DNA of 63,926 bases, the filler included, from Trichomonas gallinae (Eukaryota): the NCBI GenBank assembly GCA_008369845.1. It is 5 parts of 5 records of this genome, joined end to end, with 100 filler letters (N's around TTAATTAATTAA, not from the genome) between each part and the next. Parts side by side here need not be neighbours in the genome. Positions count along the whole stretch, not along the records: positions 1 to 23,921 come from MRSU01000534.1; 4 more parts are not named here. The stretch is one strand, 5' to 3'. Positions 10,325 to 20,900 of the stretch are shown one piece after another. Below the pieces are notes generated by a model. The model did not search any database. It was given only the letters and a program-made list of their open reading frames with translations, and was not told the DNA's origin. Numbering within the stretch: the first letter of the stretch is position 1; each line of letters opens with the position of its first letter. A program made the position numbers and the translations under genes.

Positions 10325-11683
10325 ATGCTCAACGAAATTACAAATTCAGCGACATTTTCTTCACATGACATTAAAAGTAAAGGTAAAAATATAAAAGAAA
10401 AGATACAAAGTAGGACTCTTATGCTTCTTTTCATTCCGATTCTCATCTTATTACACACTTTTATGCCAGAAGAAGAGGATATTTTGCATAGAAATCTCGT
10501 TACAAAAGTCGGCAAGTTTGTTGATCCAATCAACGCATTCAACGTTAATATCATTAAAGGAATTTATTGGGAACAGAACTTCACAATGCCAATTAGACAA
10601 ATAGTTCCGAAAAAAGCAAAACGTGCTGTTAAATTTTTTGGTCAATCAATCGTTAGAGAATCATATAAATATTATCAATTTCATAATGCATACTTTAGTC
10701 AGCATGGTATTACTCAGGGTACATATAGGTTTGATTTCTGCAGGATCTATGCTGGTTTCAATAAAAGGCTTTTTGAAAATCCGCGTCCTTGGGAATATTA
10801 CGACAAAGTTGTCCTTGGCTTCTCCTTCCACAAGGAATTTGGCCACTTTTTGAGCGACATGTTGTGTGGGCTTGTTCAAATCCCAGAAGAAGACGTAAAA
10901 GATGCACATATCTTCATTCCTTTCAATGAAAGAACATCGAAAGAGTTTTGCAAGTATATGGGCTTCGATCCTGACCGTGTTCACTTCCTCGACGAGTACT
11001 ACACGTATGCCAACCAAATCAGCGTGTTTGTGACAGATGAAGGCATCAATGCTTTCTGGGTCAGAGGCTTCAAGAAGTTAAGAGATAGACTACATCAAAA
11101 TCTCAATCTTTCACAGATAAAACCAACGCGTTATGTTTTCTTGAACAGACTTCCAAACCTCATGCGAAGACTTAACAACATCGATGAACTTGTGGCCTTC
11201 ACAAAGAACAAGTATCCTCAGTATAACTGGGAGGTTGCAGATCCGGCCGTTGTTCGTAATATTGTCGAAAATTCCAAGCTCATGGCTTCGACATTATATC
11301 TTGTGACAACTGGCGGCTCCAATAACTTCAACGGTATATTCATGCACAGAGATACGTATGTTGTTATCGCAGCTTCAAATTATATTGACTACCCGAACTT
11401 GGCCGTATACACAGAAATGGACATTTGGGCAATTTATGCAAACGGTGGACTTAAGCACGGAAAAGTTGATGCAAAGCAAATGTTCCCTGTGAAAGTACTC
11501 GATGAAGCAATGGAAATCATGTTTTACGTTAAGGAGCACAACAACTGGCCAGAGAAGGCGGCTGCAAATTACCTCTACTGCTGGTCCTATATAGACAACA
11601 TTCAGAGAGCAAAAGAGAAAACAGACTACGGAGGTAGACTAGGTATTCTCCAAGATTACAAGAATAGACTTATCCAATATTAA
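10325..11683 (+). CDS. Glycosyltransferase family 61 (DUF563)-like type II membrane protein
   Basis: N-terminal TM, EFGHFLSD, YVFLNR...RRLNNIDEL and GGSNNFNGIFM (equivalent to the HGAGL-N-FM motif). Paralogous to 57339..58631. Confidence 0.65.
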   Translation: MLNEITNSATFSSHDIKSKGKNIKEKIQSRTLMLLFIPILILLHTFMPEEEDILHRNLVTKVGKFVDPINAFNVNIIKGIYWEQNFTMPIRQIVPKKAKRAVKFFGQSIVRESYKYYQFHNAYFSQHGITQGTYRFDFCRIYAGFNKRLFENPRPWEYYDKVVLGFSFHKEFGHFLSDMLCGLVQIPEEDVKDAHIFIPFNERTSKEFCKYMGFDPDRVHFLDEYYTYANQISVFVTDEGINAFWVRGFKKLRDRLHQNLNLSQIKPTRYVFLNRLPNLMRRLNNIDELVAFTKNKYPQYNWEVADPAVVRNIVENSKLMASTLYLVTTGGSNNFNGIFMHRDTYVVIAASNYIDYPNLAVYTEMDIWAIYANGGLKHGKVDAKQMFPVKVLDEAMEIMFYVKEHNNWPEKAAANYLYCWSYIDNIQRAKEKTDYGGRLGILQDYKNRLIQY

Positions 11684-11934
11684 TTTTATAATAAAGTGTT
11701 TATATTTTCTTTCCAAATTCAATCATAATCAAAAAGATATAATTTAAGATTAAATTGATTATAATAAAATCACTAAATTAATAAATAATTATATTCATTA
11801 GATCGATATAATGCTAAATATTTAGTTAATTTACTTTGATTTTGATTATTTGTTGTATTTTGTCGAATTGGAGAATATTAAAAAGTGACAAATTTTCACG
11901 TTTTTTATTTTTGATTTTATATTTTTTTTATTAA

Positions 11935-14900
11935 ATGCAGAAACCCGGTGACATGAAAATCGAGATTCCTGAGGGATACAATGTAATAAAAAGTCGCCCA
12001 TCGAAGGAAAATTCACCAGTTTCGTCTCATTCCTTATTTGATACAGAATCTCTTCGAAAAGAAGTGAGAATGTACAATGTAGTTGATCCAAAACTACCTT
12101 CTACAGACTCAAATCCACAATTCTTAGCGATGAGCAACAAATTAAAGAAAAATATTTTCCAGCCTACTTTAACTAAACGAAAAAACAATACTGACAAGTT
12201 AACACTACTAAATAGAAAACCATTATCGTCGTTACAAAGAGAAACTCCACTACAAATCGAAAAAAAGAAAGAAGAACAAGAAAGAAAAGAATTAAATTTT
12301 ACAGAAGATCCAATAGCTTACTTTGCGAAGCACAGAGAAGGTTCTGGGCACAAATTTATCTATTTAATTCAAGCAAAATCGCGCGATGATCCTGATTTTA
12401 ATCCATACGAATTGAAAAAAGTTATTTTTAAAGAAGTTGGCCCTGAATACTATACAATGTCACCAGAAGGTGTAACTTTCATTGATTCTGAAGGAAATAC
12501 TGATCATTATGATATCGAATCTTGGGTTAACGAAGTAACTCATTATAACTCAATCAAAAAGCTTCCATTCTTTAGCCAATACAAGTTATGGAAAAATGTC
12601 AGGCTTTGGAAAAACTTTATTCAAACACAAAGATATGCAGCAATAAAATCTTTATCAATCGAGCATCCTTTACTACAAAAGAACTCAATGTCATACACAA
12701 CTCCCACATTCGCTGTGCACATTTATAAATATCAAGCACAAATCGCAGAAATACTTCTTCCTTTCAAACATCAACGAAAAATGAAATTACGAGATTTTAT
12801 TGAATTCTTCGACAAAAGTTTATCGAAAGTTTCTGTTATCTACGAAGAAATGATAGAGCAGATCGCAGAGACTATAAACCACATCTACCTTCAAGTCACA
12901 GATCCGCAAAATCTAGTTGTTAAAGATGAAGATTATTCCGAAAGTCGCAGAGTGAATCCAAATATACAGCAAATGATGATGCTTGAAGTCAAAAAGAAAG
13001 AGGATAAAGAAGCAAAATTAAAGAAAATGGACAATGAAATTCGTAATTTAATAAAATACACAAGGCTCGTTGATTACATGATTCTCGAATTACTTCGCGA
13101 AGCTTGTTTCAAGACATTTAGCGAAAATGCTGACATTGTTATTGGGGATAAATCAGAGGTTTTCCAGATAGATGTCAAATACGATGATAATGGAGGAATA
13201 GAATTTGAACCATCAATTGATTACTTGATTGAAACAGTTGATAATTATTTGATGAAATCAGTCAAATGTTTACAGAAATTGCCGAGATTATACAAATGCA
13301 AACAGATAAGAAAATTACTGACTTACACTGTCGAAAATCCAAAAGATTTATTTATCGATGGTCCATCATTAGAGAAAATCATGAGTTGTTCCTCTTTTAT
13401 ACAGGAAACGAAAGATAGAATATTTAATGTTCTAAGACAATCATTCGAAGAAGCAAGATCAATTTCTCAGTCTTTTACAGACTACTACAGATTGTATACT
13501 ATGGGTATGAACTGGTCTGTTAACAACTACGTGAGAAGACTCGATGGATCGGTTTATGAAGGCGAACTAAATATATACGTCAGACCTTTCGAGAAATTAG
13601 ATTCAGATTTCTTGACACATCCAGAAAATGAGCCAAATATCAATATCGAAGAAATCATTAATGATGTCAAATTCTTGAGAAAAGAAGAAGCAAGATCTGC
13701 TTTCATTCGTGGTGGAGCAACTTGCGGAACTTTTTATGTTGATTCGCTGACATTAAGGAGCAAACTGAATCCAATTCCTAAAACAATTTTGGCTGACATT
13801 GCTAAAATGCTTAGCAATTTTGTTCAGCTTAAAATCGACCTTCTTAGCAGATTGTTTAAGACATACAGAACATTAATGAAAAACGAATCATCGACATTAG
13901 CAATATTTACTAAAATCTGCGAACTTTTGAACCAAATAGAAGAACAGTTGCCAAAGATGACAAAAGAAATAGCTAATATCGATGACATAAACGCGATGAT
14001 GGAATCATCTGGATTCACTCCTGTCGAAACAACAATTCACGATGAATTCCACTCATTCAAGAAAGCCTACAAAGAAGCTGTTACTCTCAAGACATATTCA
14101 ACGAAGAGATATCAACAGACGCTCAGCGGAATGGTCAACGAAATCGAAAGCTTGCTAAATACATATTTCATGGAATCAAGAAAAACACCAAAATCAGTCA
14201 AAGACGCAAATCTCAAAGAATACATCGCATCTACACAACATATCAAGAAACATTCAGAAGAACTCCAAGAGAAGATAACAGAATGCCAACGCTATCAAAC
14301 AATTCTTGGTGTCGAAGTTTCATCTTTTGGGTTATTCAAGGAAATTCTCAAAAACGTCAACTTTTCAGAAGCTTTGCAAAAAATCCTTGGAATTTGGGAG
14401 AACATCAAAAATGCAATGTCATTCTCGCCATTTATCTACGTTGACATTGATAATCTCGAGAAAGACTTCAACGACCTTACAGAATCTCTCGATATCATCC
14501 ATCAAATTCAACTACGCTCGCCAGCTGTTTTAATTGAGATCGAAGAAGAGAAGAAGAAATACGAGATGTACATGCCACAATTAAGACAGCTTGCAACATC
14601 GAAACTCAAAGAAAATCACTGGAAATTGCTGTTCCAACAATCAGGAAAAGATGGATTATACAAAAATTCTGCAACAGTCGATGAACTTATCCAGCTTAGT
14701 ATTTTATCCAACACCAAATCAATCGACAGTGTTACAGCAGATTCTATGGGCGAGTCTACAATTTTATCAGATTTCTCCAACATCAGGAACAAATGGGAAG
14801 ACATTCCTCTTCCAATTACTTATGTCAATCCAAAGCAGCCAACAAGCATCATCATCGGCTCCACTTCACAGCTCATTGCAGACATAAATGACACTTTATT

Positions 14901-17900
14901 GGCTTTGGACGCTTTCTTGTCGAACAAATATATCGATTTCATCAGATATGATTTGATGGGATTGCATCAGAGATTAACTTCTTCCATTGATATTCTAAAT
15001 CTTTGGTGGAAATTCCAAAGCAACTGGACAATCGTTGAACCGATTTTCAAGAACAAAACATTTGGTGAATTGTTAAAAGACCAACAATCAAATTATTTGT
15101 TCGTTTTCAACAATTTCAAGAACATAGCAATTCACGCTCTAGAAAATTCAAGACTGTTAAGTATCTGCTGGATGCCGAACATCAACCAAATCTTCATCCA
15201 AATCAATGAAAAGCTCGATATAATTTTGTCTGAACTAGGAATCATTGCTGAACAAAAACGCAAAGAAATTCCAAGGCTTTATTTGCTCAGCGATTATGAA
15301 ATCATTTATATGCTTTCAACGAAGAATTTCGACGAGTTTGTTTCAATAATCTTGAAGTTAATGAGCAGAGTTAAGAGACTAGACTACAAGTCAAATCAAA
15401 TTCCAGAGATTTCGTCAGATTTCCAGATGACTTTGTCTAATTTCCCAACGTTAGCAATTTTCAGTGCAATTGGTGATGATGGTGACACTTTACCATTGAC
15501 ATCTTTCGTACAATGCTCAGGACCAGTTGAAAAATGGCTGAGTAAGTTGTTCACAAACATGAGCATTTCTCTTTTGAACTCTGTTATTTCAGCAAACAAA
15601 GATTTCAAGAATTATATCATCAGCGAATGGGCGACATCAAAGCCATCATATGTCTGCATGCTATCACTTTTATGCTGGTTCGCATCTTCATTTGATGAAG
15701 CATTAACAATCTATGAAACAAATCCTTTGTCATTCAGACCTTTCGAAGCAAAAATCAACTCCTTCATCCAAGAAATGTCTAAATCCTACAATAACTCAAT
15801 GAGCTCAAATGAAACAAGAAAAGTCTCATCATTAATAATGATACTGAACATGATGCTAGATAAATTGCATTTAATCACAGATAAATCAATTTCTTATTCT
15901 CAAAACGAAAAATGGAGAGATGAACTCAAGTTTTACGTCAACGAAAACGAACAGTTGGTATTATCCTTCATGGGTGATGTTTGGGAACATGGACTTGAGT
16001 TTTGGGGAGATATTTCTGATCTTGATCCTTGCGTAAGCTTTGATAAATTTATGCATAACTTTTACTTCACTCGGAAACTTCTCAGGCCTAATATTTTGTA
16101 CAACAGCAGTTTATCAGATTTATCAAATGAATTGAATTCATTGGCTATGTACTATGGTTCTTATATATACACTGCACCAGCATTTGCAACGAAGCAGAAC
16201 ATCTACATCGAAAAAGTTATGAAAGGTGTAATTAATGGCGGTTTCTGGATTAATTTCATTAATGCAAATCTACTGTCAGAAGAAAACTTGACATATATAT
16301 CAGATATCACTCAAAACATTGCAATGGCAATAGATGGAAGACAGCCAAATATTGTTATTAATAACGAAAACATCGAAATCAACAAAAATTCATTCGTTTT
16401 CCTGACAGCGACAACGGAATCGATCAGCGATGGATCAATGCCTGCTCAGTTATTGTCTTTCTCTAGAAAAACAGCTTATATTCCACCAGATATGAATGAT
16501 TACATGTACATCAAACTCTGCTCCTTAGGATACAGATCAGCGCCAACATCTTCTCTCAAGTTAGCATATCTGTTCAATGCAATTTCAAAACTAATTGTTC
16601 CATCAATATCAATTTACAAAGCTGCAGAAGAAATCGTAAATTCCGCATATGAAATTTCACAGGAAATTAAATACGATATAGCCACTCCGTTTATCACATT
16701 GAATGATGATTACAAAACATTCGAAGAATATTCATTGTCTAGAGCAATTTATTTGTATTTCATACAATTCGATTTAACTGAAAACCAGAAAAATCTTTTG
16801 ATCAAAGAAATTCACGCATCATTGAATATAGAATGGGATGAAAATCTTTTCTACGAGAAACTTATCCAATCTAAAGTCTTCAAATACGACATAGCGAAAC
16901 AACACGTCATCAATTTTGCGAGGGAATATTTCGAAAAGTATGGAACACAGCTTTGTGATTATTTCTCTCAAAAGGTCTGGGAGTTGATTCAGTTGATAGA
17001 AACAAAAGGATGTATAATAATCAGTGGACCAGCAAATTCAGGAAAATCGCTATTACTTCAAAGTCTTTCATATATCTATGATAAATTAAATAAACTTGAA
17101 AGGCTTCCAAAGTTAAAATGCATCGAAACAGTTTTGACAGAAAAGGTTTTCATTGGATCAACAAAATGGGATAATATTGCAGGATACTACGGAGAAGGTC
17201 ATTGGCATTATGGTGTTATTGAAAGCGCAATCAATAATTTAATGAAAACAACACAAATGCCTTATCATAAGTTTTTGATTTTAGATGGAAATCTGACAAA
17301 TTCTTTTGTTAATTTCATTGACCAATCATTGATAAAGCAGAATTTCATGACATTCAGATATGGAAACACAATTCCAATAGGCGAAGATTTTCATATTCTT
17401 GTTGAAACAAATGATGTTTCGTTAGTTAATCCTTCATTAATTTCAAGATGCGGAATTTTATCTTTAGATAACTTGCAATTGAGTCCAATGGATGTTGCAA
17501 ACAATCTTAAAGTTTCTCTCAGATATCCTGATATTCCTCTTGGTATCATCATGGAGAAATCATCTTACAATGGCTTCGAATCTCAAATGATCAAGAAAAC
17601 AATTTCTGAAACTCTTCCAAAAATCATTGAAATTGCTTCTAAGTTTAAATCAGCTTTATCATTATCAGACAACATTGGAAAAATTGCTAATGACTCAATA
17701 AATTATGGCCTACAAATGATGAAAATTAACCAGATCAACGTCAGCAATGCAACAGACATAAGAACTTCTTTTGTGATTTCTGCTTTAACAATTTTATTGG
17801 CTTATTTCGACACTAATGTATTTAATCAGTTCGAAAAAGTCATTCAAATAGAATTTTCTCTTCCAATTCCTAATGATTGGACTGGTCAGCAGATTCCTGA

Positions 17901-20900
17901 TGAGTTATGGGATTATTATGCACATCCAACAATTTCATTAATGAGATATTACAAAGCAAAGATCATTCCAATTAACTTCGAAACCTTAACAAAACCCCCT
18001 TTCAAGAAAGCTTCACAAAACTTTTACTTCCCTGATGATTACATTGTCTCGACAGCGCAAAACATCCGACAGTACAACATGCTAAAAGTTTTGATTGAAT
18101 CAAACGCACCAATAATTTTGTCCGGTCCGATATCATCAGGTAAATCTTCATTAATCAGATTAGTTCTTAAGGATGCTCATCAAATTGATCCAATTTTCAT
18201 TAATGTCTCGAAATTCACAACAACACAAGATATTCTAACATTCCTCATAAAGATGACAAACTTAGTATCAAAGCACAAGAGATTGGAATCAAATACAAAA
18301 TATCCGATTTGTTTAGTTTTCGAAAACATTGAAGGAGAAAATGTTGAAATAATGGAGTTAATAAGAATGATGATGGAAAACAAAGAAATATTGGAGTATT
18401 CTAAAGTTGGTCACAAATACTTCCCTAAGCTTCATTTAGCGACATTTAATTATATAATTATCACTCGTGATTTTACAAAATTCTCGCCAAGATTTTTGTC
18501 CAATTTCGCATTAGTTAGAATTGATCAGCCAACAACATTGACACAGAGAATCATCTTAAAGAAGCAACTGTTGAATGCTGGTGTTAATTCAAACTTGGCT
18601 CTGTTCACATCAAGGATTATGCAAAATCTAAATATGTCAATCCAGAAAATGCAACAATTAATCATTCCATTGTGCAACATTCCAGAAAGAAGTGGAAAAA
18701 CAAATCAAACAAAAGCAGAATATTGCAAGATGCTCTTCAGTGAAGTATTCATTGAGTATTATTATTGCCAAGAAGAGCAATTTTCGGAAATGTTTTCTAA
18801 AGCAGAAATATTATTCGATGAATATGATTTGGCTCGTGCTTATCAGCAGTTACAAATCGATCCGACACATTATGCTTACACAATTGACCAAAACAAGATG
18901 GATGTTAAACCATTTGATACAATAACAATCGATTTACTCATCAAAGAAAAACTCAAAATCGAAACAAGTGAAAGATCTGCTTATAATTTTGCAATGCTAC
19001 AACATTCACTGCACAAACAGCAAAAGCCAGTAATCATTAAAGCAGACGAATCAACTGAATTGACACAATTCATTGGCATGCAATTACCAATTAAAACACA
19101 ACTGGTTGATTTTATTCAAGACAAAACAAGAGTCAGAGAAAGACTGAAAGATGTCTGCAATAGAAGTGTTTTCAATGAACAGCTACATTTTGTTATAGCA
19201 TCAATTCACAAGAACGAACAAGATATTTATGATTTGCTAACAAGCATCTTAATTTATCATGACTTCCCGATTATCTTCAATGAAAAAGAAATCGAAAGAA
19301 TGTGTCAGAAAATGGCAAATGAAGAAAATTTGACAATCGATTTGAGAGCGAAGTCAATTGCAGAAATCAAGGCTGATCTTGCTAAGAACACCAGATTAAT
19401 AATAATAACAAATGAAATTTATGATTTCATGAATGATTATCATTATGATTTCATTATAACCTATCCACCAACATTGAAGATGATTTCAAATCAATATTTG
19501 TCTGGTCAGTACAGACAAATATCAAATATCATTGCTACGATTATTGAATCAATCACAGACATTATTCCTTTCAACAACTCACTTCTAGAAAAAGAACTCG
19601 TCAAAATTTTCTCATCAAGAGTTGAGAAAGAAAACGAAAGTAATGAAAGGCAAATACAAAGAATCCAAAAATGCAATGATTTCCTTGATTTGATCAACCA
19701 AATTTATGAGAAGAGTACTGATGTAATTGACGATTTAAAGTCGCAAAAAGAAATGTTCGAGAAGCAACTAGCTGACATGAAGAAGCAGATTGCTGAATCA
19801 AATGAAACGATTTCAATGAAGAAAGGACAGCTTGGAGAAACAATGAAAAAGAAGAACTTGAAAGTTTTAGAGCAAAAAGATTTATTGGAAGAAGCAGAAT
19901 TCAACAAAAAAGTTTTCAAGCCACAACTCGAGATGAATAAAGAAGATTTGCCAAAACTCAGAGAAGCCTGCATCAGCGCTGATCCAAAAGTCAGAGTAAT
20001 TATTGAAACAGTTTTTGCAATTCTTGGAACTCGTGCAATTGAAGATGATTTCATCGAGAGAATGAACAATTTAGATTACGAATCAATAAATTTGTTAGAT
20101 TTCCAGCTGTTTTCGATGAAAGTCAAAGAAGATCCAATTATGGATAGAAACATGATTGGTCCTTTACAAGCATTATTCAAGTTCCTTCAAAACGCAATGA
20201 AGACAACAGAGAGCTCAATAAAGAAGACGGAAATTCAGCAAACATTAAAATCTAGAGAAAGATCTGTCGAAATTTTCAACATTGCTGCAGCTAAAGAACA
20301 AGCAAATCTCAAAGATGAACAACTGGGAGTAAATATTACATCAGACATGGTGCAAAGTGTCACGAATGGCGTCCAATATATTAAAAAGCAAATCACGAAA
20401 GAAGAAGAGAAAAGGAGAGTCATCGAACAAATCACAAAAGACATTAGCATACTCAAAATGAAGTGGGATGACAAACTTGAGATATTGCAGAAGAGAGAAA
20501 CAACAATTCCAGCAGATGAGATGCTTTATTCATTTTATTTAATTTACTGTGGAATGGTAGAAACAAGATCTTCACGTGGTGACATTTTGGATGCAGTTAT
20601 GGATGCTATGATTGCCAAAAACTATGAAACAAGTTACCAACAACAACTTGACGCAATTGAAGATAAACTACTTTATCCACCTGGTGTTGACATGAAGATG
20701 TTTATTCCTCCATTATTGAAAGTTGACATTTCTCATATTCTTCTCTCTCCTGTCACGCCTTTGATCATTGATCCTGATCACATTGCAACTGACATTATAA
20801 TAAATTCGAATCCGAGCGTTGCTCTTTCTGTCTATGAAGCTGATTTTGATCAAAAAGTTGCTCAAGCTAAATCAGAAAACAAAACATTGATTGTCACAGA

